From IMG/VR virus record IMGVR_UViG_3300012944_000010, positions 1-51,712 of that record: 51,712 nt of DNA; one strand, 5' to 3'. Shown one piece after another: positions 44,278 to 51,712 of this stretch. The position numbers and the translations under genes were made by a program. The stretch's first letter is position 1, and each line of letters opens with the position of its first letter. Origin of the DNA: a virus. Lineage: Duplodnaviria > Caudoviricetes. The notes beneath the pieces are model-generated. The model did no database searches. It was not told where the DNA came from and was given only the letters and a program-made list of their open reading frames with translations.

Positions 44278-46101
44278 TTATTGTCCTTGTGCTATTTGAG
44301 GCATCTGGGTAGCTTGTTGTCTAGGCACACCAGATAAGTGGTAATCTTCTCCCATACCAGTAGCTGTACCAGCAGCCATATGCACTTGCTCTTGTAAAGC
44401 ATTTTGTTTCTTTTGAGCATCTGCTTGTTCTGCTAAAGCAACATTAGGTCTGACTACATCATAATCATCAATATTGAAATATGAAGATAAAATCTGTGCT
44501 AACTTAATCCCGGAGAAATGTGGCTGTACTGTAGGCCATAATCCAGATGAAGTAAGCTGAGTGAGGTTTTGAACCAAATCTGCTTGTTCAGAGAAATGTC
44601 TAGCACCTACAGGTTTAATACGTCCGATACCTGTAATATCTTCCACAGTTAAGTCTTGGAAAGAAATATCGTTGTATGTATTATCAAATACTTTGATAGT
44701 AGTAACACCTTCCATATTACGTCGAGATAACTCTAACATGGCATTAAGTAATGGTTCTACCATCTGTTCTTCGAATTGTTTAATCTTATTTTGAAAGACA
44801 CGGGCTGCAGCATTCTCTAAGCGCTGCACTTCATATTTAGTTTTCTCGCCGGGTGTTCTGAAGCCCATGGCTTCTTTAGGTGCACCAGCCATTTCTTCCA
44901 TTAGCGCTTCTATACGCTCTATCTTCATATCTGCTTGTAATACATTAGTCTGAGGAGTAACTAATTCTACTTTACCTTCATCACCAGCAAAGATCTTAGC
45001 TCCTGGTTCCCAGACATAATCTTCAACAAATCCAGTAATTAATTGAACCGGATATGTAACTAAGTCCCATACGTCTGCCCCCATGTTCTCAATGTGGTCC
45101 ATGCGATACTGCATACCAACGAGATTATCCAGAGGACCCATGCCCCATAAATTATCAGTTTTCTTTCTCCAAGGAACGTGATATATCGGGGGAGTACCGA
45201 AATAGCTAGGATTAGGCTTGTTACCAATAAGCTTGTGTCTATCCACAACGGTGATAACACGATTCTTTTGAAATTCGTCAGTATGGATGTCATGCCAATC
45301 TCCGTAGTAAGTGAAGAACTCTACCCAATTGGACATCAAGTAATTACGGAAAGATGTAAACCCTTCCATTGCATATAAGCGATCACGCTGTATCCAATCA
45401 CCTTGCCAAGAACGTGCTGTGTAACGAATATCCTTAAGATAGTCATATAATTTCAAATATTCATCGGTATTCTCATCTTGAGACATACGAGATAGTAAAG
45501 ACTTCAATTCTCCCATAGAGACAAGAGAACGTACTATTTTAGGAGACTCTTGAAAATTCTCAGCTGTAGGGTTCATGACCATATCAAGAGGTGAGATACG
45601 TCTAATTGCTGGTCCTATATAACCAGCTTGAACTTTATTATCTAATTCTACTCGTTGATCTTTCCATTCAACAGTAGCAAAGCAATTGCCAAAGTGGATG
45701 TAATCAAGGATAACTTTATCCATTTCGTGCTTAAAGGAAGGCTGAGATATAACCCACTGCATGTAATTAGCAATCGCGTCTCTCTTTTCGCGTGAGTTTG
45801 CATCCCGTTCATTAGCTTCCCAAATAAGCCACTTGCGTTGTGGGAACAAGGTAGCGGTGTAGTTAGAGTATAAGTTGTCACTGATATGACATAATTTCGG
45901 AACAGTTGTTTTATTTTTCCAAGGAAGCTGTGCATTAGTTGTTTTAGTCGTATCAGTAGCATAGACATATCTACGTATCTCTTCTTTCTCGACTTTCCAT
46001 GGATTGCGTAACAGATCCCACTGAGTCCAATACTCAGTAATCTGTGTAGCCATCATATCAGGCTTAATTACATTTTGTAGTTCTAGTACTTTACCCGTCA
46101 T
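44278..46101 (-). CDS. Portal protein
   Basis: 607 aa; DYIHFGNCF, RISPLD, WGMGPLDNL, MGFRTPGEKTKYEV. Confidence 0.92.
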   Translation of the reverse strand: MTGKVLELQNVIKPDMMATQITEYWTQWDLLRNPWKVEKEEIRRYVYATDTTKTTNAQLPWKNKTTVPKLCHISDNLYSNYTATLFPQRKWLIWEANERDANSREKRDAIANYMQWVISQPSFKHEMDKVILDYIHFGNCFATVEWKDQRVELDNKVQAGYIGPAIRRISPLDMVMNPTAENFQESPKIVRSLVSMGELKSLLSRMSQDENTDEYLKLYDYLKDIRYTARSWQGDWIQRDRLYAMEGFTSFRNYLMSNWVEFFTYYGDWHDIHTDEFQKNRVITVVDRHKLIGNKPNPSYFGTPPIYHVPWRKKTDNLWGMGPLDNLVGMQYRMDHIENMGADVWDLVTYPVQLITGFVEDYVWEPGAKIFAGDEGKVELVTPQTNVLQADMKIERIEALMEEMAGAPKEAMGFRTPGEKTKYEVQRLENAAARVFQNKIKQFEEQMVEPLLNAMLELSRRNMEGVTTIKVFDNTYNDISFQDLTVEDITGIGRIKPVGARHFSEQADLVQNLTQLTSSGLWPTVQPHFSGIKLAQILSSYFNIDDYDVVRPNVALAEQADAQKKQNALQEQVHMAAGTATGMGEDYHLSGVPRQQATQMPQIAQGQ

Positions 46102-46255
46102 CTTTTAACTTTAATATCTCTTCTACAGTTTCAGTCACTAAGTATCTATGTCCATTAACTTTAATAAATGATCCACCACCTATATGAGGACCGAATTCAG
46201 TCATCTTTTTACGATCTATAGTAAGCACTATTCCATTTTGAGCGGTTAAATTCAT
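46091..46255 (-). CDS. Small protein resembling the FlbD/SwrD family, 54 aa (not in the track)
   Basis: LTAQNG...SFIKVNGHRYLVTETVEEIL; AAGGA SD. Confidence 0.45.
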   Translation of the reverse strand: MNLTAQNGIVLTIDRKKMTEFGPHIGGGSFIKVNGHRYLVTETVEEILKLKDDG

Positions 46256-46428
46256 TCAGATTTCCTTGAAAAAGACGGACATCTAAATCTAGAATCTGTT
46301 GTTGTGCCGTATTCAAGAGAATCACTTTTCTCACATAAACCTACATAATCTGAAATCTTTTTCCAAGGACCTGTACATGTTTCACAACAATTTGGAGGCC
46401 ATTTATTCCAAGAAGGTATTTTATTCAC
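46252..46428 (-). CDS. Small Cys-rich protein
   Basis: CCETC...C...C; bridges terL and the next ORF. Confidence 0.45.
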   Translation of the reverse strand: MNKIPSWNKWPPNCCETCTGPWKKISDYVGLCEKSDSLEYGTTTDSRFRCPSFSRKSE

Positions 46429-48008
46429 GCTACACCTCCCCAACGAGAGTTAAATTGCAGAGGTTTCTCTTGTTCTTTCCTGAATCGCATAATATTGACA
46501 GGCTGTAACACTAAATCTACTGCAGATGCTAGCGCATCTTTAACGTCGTCGTGTGGAGGATTAGCAAATATAAGTTCTTCTTCTAAGGTTTGACAATGCC
46601 CACCCATATAGTGCCACATCTGTCGATTCGCGTACTTGGGTTCTAAAGTGGCGAGTATCCGCTCTTCTTTTGACCCTTGCCATCTGGTAGGCCTATGTTC
46701 GTCTATAACTAAAGATAAACCCATAGGTCGTATATAATTCTCTTTTAAATCTTGAACAATAACTACTTGAGCTGCTGTCACTTCGGCTCTTACCTTCCTA
46801 AATCCCCATTTCTCATACATCTTGAGGATCTTGTTGAAATAATCAGATACACGTTTAGTTTTAAACCTATCTATGTCTAAAACATAGTAGTTCCCCTCGC
46901 CATCGGCACCAACAACGACAATTGAGCTCCAGTCACCCTTTTCGGAGAGCGAGTACGCGAAGTCGATACTGGACACGATATTGAGAGGTTTTCCTGAGAA
47001 CCACCATCGTCCACCTTTGTGGAAGAGTTTTTCTCTGTCGTAATACTGGAACTGGTCTCTTTTGATTGGTGCGGAACTGATGTCGTGTGGATCGTTATAG
47101 TATTGGGCCCTGAATTGTACTGAAGTACCGTATGCCTGTTTCTTTTCCGCCAAGACTTTAGCATCAAATCCGAACCATTTCCCATCTGATCTCTGTTGTT
47201 TAGGCCATAAGAATTGACCAGTGCCATCACCCACAGATTCCACCGGATATTGTTTAACATTGAAAAATGATGCTGTTTTAGTAATGTTTCCCAAATCATC
47301 AAACTCTTGTTCCTCTTTTCCTATTAAGTCGGCATATAGATCATTCGGGTGATACCTAGTACCGACTACGACTTCCTTTGCTCCTACACCCATAACAGAA
47401 GACAGAGCAGCGTATTGTTCAGCTGCTTTCTCTCTAGCTTCTGCAATATAAGCGTTCTTAGATACAACAATATCGTCCATAATTGCTAGATCGCAATGCA
47501 TACCAACGATATTGGTAGTCAATCCTGCTGTAAAAAGAGTAGGATCCCTAATAAATTCTTTCTTACGAAGTGGATGATCTACCGAGATTTCTCGTTCTGT
47601 CCACTTCTCTCTCTTAGCTTCTTCTTGATGAACCATCTCAGGCCAATACAGTCTATAGTTATCAGAAGTAAGAATATCCTTAATAAACTTATTCTGTTTA
47701 ACAGCCAAACTAGATGTGCTGGATATATACAGAATTCTAATAGCTGGGTTACGTGTTATCTCCCAGGCAGCATACATTCCCGCTGCCCACGACTTTCCAT
47801 GGTCACGTGGTAACAGCAGTAGTAAATGACTACCTGATTTTTCAGAAGACATCCACGAAGTTATCTCTCTATGGATATTGCCTAGAACACGATGAGGCTG
47901 TGTTAACTCTATGAACGCTTCAAATGAAGCTTCACATAATTGCCTACGATCATCTCTGGCTAGACTTATAAGACTAGCTGATTTCTTCCTTGGTCTGCCG
48001 CGAGGCAT
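46425..48008 (-). CDS. terL: Terminase large subunit
   Basis: LLPRDHGKS (Walker A), LAIMDD (Walker B), GTRY, SIDFA, HDDVKDA. Confidence 0.95.
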   Translation of the reverse strand: MPRGRPRKKSASLISLARDDRRQLCEASFEAFIELTQPHRVLGNIHREITSWMSSEKSGSHLLLLLPRDHGKSWAAGMYAAWEITRNPAIRILYISSTSSLAVKQNKFIKDILTSDNYRLYWPEMVHQEEAKREKWTEREISVDHPLRKKEFIRDPTLFTAGLTTNIVGMHCDLAIMDDIVVSKNAYIAEAREKAAEQYAALSSVMGVGAKEVVVGTRYHPNDLYADLIGKEEQEFDDLGNITKTASFFNVKQYPVESVGDGTGQFLWPKQQRSDGKWFGFDAKVLAEKKQAYGTSVQFRAQYYNDPHDISSAPIKRDQFQYYDREKLFHKGGRWWFSGKPLNIVSSIDFAYSLSEKGDWSSIVVVGADGEGNYYVLDIDRFKTKRVSDYFNKILKMYEKWGFRKVRAEVTAAQVVIVQDLKENYIRPMGLSLVIDEHRPTRWQGSKEERILATLEPKYANRQMWHYMGGHCQTLEEELIFANPPHDDVKDALASAVDLVLQPVNIMRFRKEQEKPLQFNSRWGGVA

Positions 48009-48286
48009 TAGTCTAAACCATGTCCTTGTTTACGCATATATTCCAAAACCTTATCAAATCTACGTTCAAAGAGATCGATACGATCTTTTAAATATATTAC
48101 ATCTTTTGTCAAAATAGCAGACTCAATAATCAATTTATTCAATATCTTGATATCTTCTTTGATATCTTTGATATCACTCTTTATTTCTTTAGCGTCGTAA
48201 TTCTGTTTCCAATAGAAACCAGCAGCTGCAAACAATACTGTTAGTAAAGTTATTACCGCTCCTAAACTTATTTCCCATACGATCAT
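48008..48286 (-). CDS. Membrane protein with coiled coil
   Basis: N-terminal TM helix then heptad repeats. Confidence 0.65.
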   Translation of the reverse strand: MIVWEISLGAVITLLTVLFAAAGFYWKQNYDAKEIKSDIKDIKEDIKILNKLIIESAILTKDVIYLKDRIDLFERRFDKVLEYMRKQGHGLD

Positions 48287-48292
48287 TAGTCA

Positions 48293-48568
48293 CTAACTAT
48301 ATGAAATAGTAAGATCACATGTAGCTGATGGATTTACAATTAGACTAGTTCCATAACCAATATCATAACAATATTCCGTAGGTATTGTTCCTGCAGCCAT
48401 CACTGCTACAGTATTTGTACCATCAGATATTGTAATTGTATTTGTTGTTCCTGGATTATTAACAACCATAGTATGCAAAACTCCCACACCAGTTTTAAGC
48501 GTGGTTGCCCCACTTGCAGTTATATGCGCATATTTGAAAGGGGGTTCATTATACCCTGCCATTGTCAT
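48293..48568 (-). CDS. Small beta-rich putative virion protein
   Basis: T/G-rich; TAATG coupling. Confidence 0.6.
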   Translation of the reverse strand: MTMAGYNEPPFKYAHITASGATTLKTGVGVLHTMVVNNPGTTNTITISDGTNTVAVMAAGTIPTEYCYDIGYGTSLIVNPSATCDLTISYS

Positions 48569-48681
48569 TATGATCTTCCTTTACCGACTGTTTTACCAGT
48601 GCCTTTCATTTTTGAATTCCAAATCTTGGCAGCTTTAACAGTGCCGTATTTACGTTTTAATTTAATGTACCCAGCAGGCAT
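48568..48681 (-). CDS. Very basic 37-aa protein (not in the track)
   Basis: MPAGYIKLKRKYGTVKAAKIWNSKMKGTGKTVGKGRS; TAATG-coupled at both ends. Confidence 0.6.
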   Translation of the reverse strand: MPAGYIKLKRKYGTVKAAKIWNSKMKGTGKTVGKGRS

Positions 48682-48932
48682 TACGAAGTAGCAGTGCCAC
48701 GAGCAATCAGTTTTCCACTAACACTAGAAGATGCTTTGGCTTTCTTCCCTTTACCTTGATGTGGTACTGCATGAGCCTGGCCCCTAATAGCATGTAATTT
48801 AGCATGTGTATCGCTGGAATGCGAGTCGTTGAAGTCAGTTCTTGCATCTTGAGGATGTCCTGAGAAACGGAATGCATTACCTGGTGCTCCGCTCTTCATT
48901 ACACCTGATGGTAAAAATCCTGCTACCATCAT
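48681..48932 (-). CDS. Basic, likely disordered small protein
   Basis: Coupled; H/K/S/G-rich. Confidence 0.6.
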   Translation of the reverse strand: MMVAGFLPSGVMKSGAPGNAFRFSGHPQDARTDFNDSHSSDTHAKLHAIRGQAHAVPHQGKGKKAKASSSVSGKLIARGTATS

Positions 48933-49114
48933 AAATCATCCTGATATGCACCTGAATTAGGTGTGTTAAGAGCTGGAAACATAGACAGAGTAGAATCTTC
49001 TAATCCTCTATTACCAGAAGGATGCACAACATTATTAGCTGGATGATCTTGTGGGGCCATAGCCTTACCCATCATAGAATCATAATTCTGTCTGACTGAT
49101 TGTTTACGTTTCAT
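48929..49114 (-). CDS. Small, likely disordered protein
   Basis: Overlapping start/stop codons at both ends. Confidence 0.55.
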   Translation of the reverse strand: MKRKQSVRQNYDSMMGKAMAPQDHPANNVVHPSGNRGLEDSTLSMFPALNTPNSGAYQDDL

Positions 49115-49293
49115 CACATACCCAGATTATGGACGCCACCTTCCATGGTCGTCGATCCAAGACTGGCGTTCTCGCCCTTCTCAGACATAGGCGAACTAGA
49201 CTGAGAGCCTTCATGTGCACGTCGAGGAGTGCCCATATGATTCTGGTAGGAGCTAACTCCTTTATTGTGCATTTGTGCGCTTGGTGTTTTCAT
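49114..49293 (-). CDS. Small, likely disordered protein, 59 aa (not in the track)
   Basis: MKTPSAQMHNKGVSSYQNHMGTP...; TGATG overlap with the next gene. Confidence 0.5.
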   Translation of the reverse strand: MKTPSAQMHNKGVSSYQNHMGTPRRAHEGSQSSSPMSEKGENASLGSTTMEGGVHNLGM

Positions 49294-49374
49294 ATTTATT
49301 TAATCTTTCTTTCTTAGGTCTGCCTCCCAGTTTACCTAGGGCAGAAGCTTGTTTACTTATTATGCTTGCCGCTT

Positions 49375-51345
49375 TTACTTTGATTGCCATCGTATGCTTG
49401 CCGCTTTTAATGCTATACTAGAACGTTGTTGTGGAGTTAAGGAAGCAGCTCTAGCATGTCCTCCCTTAGTGCTCATCTCTGTTAAAATTAAAGGTTGAGC
49501 TTTTCTAACATATTCTGTTAGTTTTTGAGTCCATTCTTCTCTAGTCCATGTCTTACCACCTAAATCCTGTTGTACAGGAGGTGGAGGTACTGGTAAATTG
49601 AGAACTAAAGCCTGATACCAATATTGATCTATTGGTGATGTTGTACCTGATAAAGGCCAATCAGATTGATTGAAAGGTTTAATACCAACGGGTAAATAAA
49701 TTACTAAATTCTGATTATAATCTTGGTACCAATAGATAGGATAAGGATTGGGATAATCTGACTGAACAAATGGAAATATACTCGATTGTATGAATTCAGA
49801 TAGATTACCAATCCATGTCGGATCTATTGGCTGACTAACCACTGGAAGTGGAAAGTCTACATTCTGGAAAAATGGTGTTGGTCTGGGTAGAAGTTGTAAA
49901 TTATTCTGCCAGAATTGATCTATAGGTGCGTATGTGCGCGATAAAGGCCAGTCAAACTGATTAAATGGTGCCTGAAAGGCAGGTTTTAAAGTACTTTGTA
50001 ATAGACTCTGAAACCAATCTTGATACCAAATTACTCTCTGTGGATTGGGATAATCAGATTGTACAAATGGAAAAGTCTCAGATTGATAAAATAGATTTAG
50101 ACTTTGAGACCAAAATTGATCAATAGGATTATAAGTTTTCGATACTGGCCAATCTAACTGACTGAATGGATTAGTTAGATTGAAGCTTTCAGTCCAGCTT
50201 TGATACCAGATAATTCTCTGAGGATTAGGCCAATCATCCTGATTAAAAGGATTCTGAGTAATTGTTCTTAAAGATAACCCGGATACTTCTAAACTTCTAT
50301 ACCAATAGACAGGATAAGGATTAGGTTGATCTACAGGTATGAATGGAGTAGGACGTGGTAATCTAGTAGATTTTTCCCAGCTTTGATACCAAGTAACTGG
50401 ATTAGGATTAGGAGCTGTAACCTGCGTACGTAGAGTTTGAGTTAAAATTCTAGGTTGTGGTACTATAGAATTTCCAGGTTCTAACCAACTATAATCTGGT
50501 AATCTTTGGTAGTCTATAGGATTAGGGAAATCTCTTTGAACACGTAAAGTCTGAGTTAATATTGTAGGAACAGGAATAGTAGTTAAAGCTTGTTCTGTCC
50601 ACTTTTGCCATTCAGAATAAGCGAACCTACTTGGAGGAAGATCTGTAAACTGTTTACCAGCAGTACCTGAAGCTGTAGAAGCTACTAGATCTAGAGCTAC
50701 TATGGCCCATTGAGCAGAGCTTACAGTGTAAGTCCATGTATGAGTTTGAGTAGACGCTCCACCTGTTTCAAATTGAGCTGTACTGCTAGGTGAATTACCA
50801 TTATTTAGATATAATTGAGTCTTATTAGGACCTGCAATTACATCGACTGAATCACTTAGAGCAGATACTGTAGCATCAGCAGATGCGTTCTTAGTGATTG
50901 CTCCACTAGATGGGTTGTTTGTCGTACCTTGAGCAGTAACTAAATGTGCGAAACTCGTTGCGCCACCAGTCTGGTTAACACCTGTCCAGGAGACAGCCCA
51001 AGTCTGGATTTGTGTGTTTACGCTCCAACTTGCATTGGAAGCTACTACGATTGTTTGGGCACCTGTAGAATTAGCTACCTTACCCCATATTTCAGTTCTA
51101 ACCCAACTAGAACTAGCTGTAGCTGAGCTTATAGCTCCTATGAGCGTATAACCAGTTACAGAGGCTAAGGCTGCACCAGTAGCAGGAGAGGCTGTTGTAT
51201 CGCATATGTGTGCAAAGAATAAGATTGCACCGTTGGTATTTGAAACAACCGTTAAACCAGTATAATTCGGTGAAAGTGTATGTGCACCTGCCGTATTATC
51301 CGTTTGATTAGTTATTGTACCTGTAGCATCACGAGCAACGGCCAT
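49375..51345 (-). CDS. Repeat-containing late protein (beta domain + P/W/Q repeats + basic C-terminal motif)
   Basis: Repeated PF(N/V)QxD(W/Y)P(NP/LS) and WYQ/PIDQxW units. Confidence 0.75.
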   Translation of the reverse strand: MAVARDATGTITNQTDNTAGAHTLSPNYTGLTVVSNTNGAILFFAHICDTTASPATGAALASVTGYTLIGAISSATASSSWVRTEIWGKVANSTGAQTIVVASNASWSVNTQIQTWAVSWTGVNQTGGATSFAHLVTAQGTTNNPSSGAITKNASADATVSALSDSVDVIAGPNKTQLYLNNGNSPSSTAQFETGGASTQTHTWTYTVSSAQWAIVALDLVASTASGTAGKQFTDLPPSRFAYSEWQKWTEQALTTIPVPTILTQTLRVQRDFPNPIDYQRLPDYSWLEPGNSIVPQPRILTQTLRTQVTAPNPNPVTWYQSWEKSTRLPRPTPFIPVDQPNPYPVYWYRSLEVSGLSLRTITQNPFNQDDWPNPQRIIWYQSWTESFNLTNPFSQLDWPVSKTYNPIDQFWSQSLNLFYQSETFPFVQSDYPNPQRVIWYQDWFQSLLQSTLKPAFQAPFNQFDWPLSRTYAPIDQFWQNNLQLLPRPTPFFQNVDFPLPVVSQPIDPTWIGNLSEFIQSSIFPFVQSDYPNPYPIYWYQDYNQNLVIYLPVGIKPFNQSDWPLSGTTSPIDQYWYQALVLNLPVPPPPVQQDLGGKTWTREEWTQKLTEYVRKAQPLILTEMSTKGGHARAASLTPQQRSSIALKAASIRWQSK

Positions 51346-51353
51346 CTAACCTA

Positions 51354-51712
51354 TTAACCGTTAGGCACCCTTATATAGCTATTAAATTGAGCTGCAATTG
51401 CATTAGAAATATGAGCATCTGTTACTAGAGCCGCTCCAGTTAAAGCTAGAGCAGAAGTTGTAATGGGGACTGTCCCACCAACTGTAGCATCAGATAAGAC
51501 AGCAGTATCAGCTGCAACTGAATGGGCGAATTGAACCTGGTAGGGGTTAATTCCTTGAGCATTTAAAGTGGCATTAAACACTTGTAATGCAAACGTAGCA
51601 CGTTCACGATGAAACGCTACTGCCCAACCTTCTGTGCCTACTACTTGACAATAGGTAAACAGACCTGCTCCAACCCTACCTTGGAAAGCAGGGTCTTGAG
51701 CGAGTTGATATG
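51354..51712 (-). CDS. 3' part of the join-spanning hypothetical protein that starts at 145
   Basis: Frame is open from the join to the stop at 51354. Confidence 0.8.
   Translation of the reverse strand, partial: YQLAQDPAFQGRVGAGLFTYCQVVGTEGWAVAFHRERATFALQVFNATLNAQGINPYQVQFAHSVAADTAVLSDATVGGTVPITTSALALTGAALVTDAHISNAIAAQFNSYIRVPNG
51590..51712. repeat. Terminal direct repeat, copy 2
   Basis: Identical to 1-123. Confidence 0.95.

Noticed and set aside
24538-51345. Stop-codon reassignment
   Set aside because: All core genes are intact in the standard code with coupled stops and starts; no suppressor tRNA

Overview
Complete, circularly permuted genome of a lytic podovirus-type tailed phage. 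Bases 1-123 are repeated exactly at 51590-51712 and one gene reads across that join. The + strand arm (about 1.1-24.4 kb) carries early and replication genes: KTSC protein, two tRNAs, T7-like primase-helicase, uracil-DNA glycosylase, a CobS/MoxR-like AAA ATPase with a vWA-like partner, family A DNA polymerase, SSB, PD-(D/E)xK exonuclease and an endonuclease I-like resolvase. The - strand arm (1037 back through the join to 24538) carries terminase, portal, scaffold, capsid, tail, lysis and internal virion genes. The arms converge at a bidirectional terminator near 24.5 kb. No RNA polymerase or integrase is visible, and transcription appears to use sigma70-type promoters. This layout suggests a Zobellviridae/SIO1-like phage, and an alphaproteobacterial host is possible (both are inference). 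The most striking unexplained feature is a 1.4 kb region without a credible protein gene (19340-20720) that folds by eye into about 15 abutting helical domains, including a tRNA-like element with an enlarged anticodon loop. Further structured RNAs are interleaved with the tRNAs. Two replication genes appear to need non-canonical ATC/ATT starts, many proteins end in Ala-Ala, and a histidine-phosphatase/HTH protein lies at the end of the internal virion block. All product calls come from motif recognition by eye, not from database searches.
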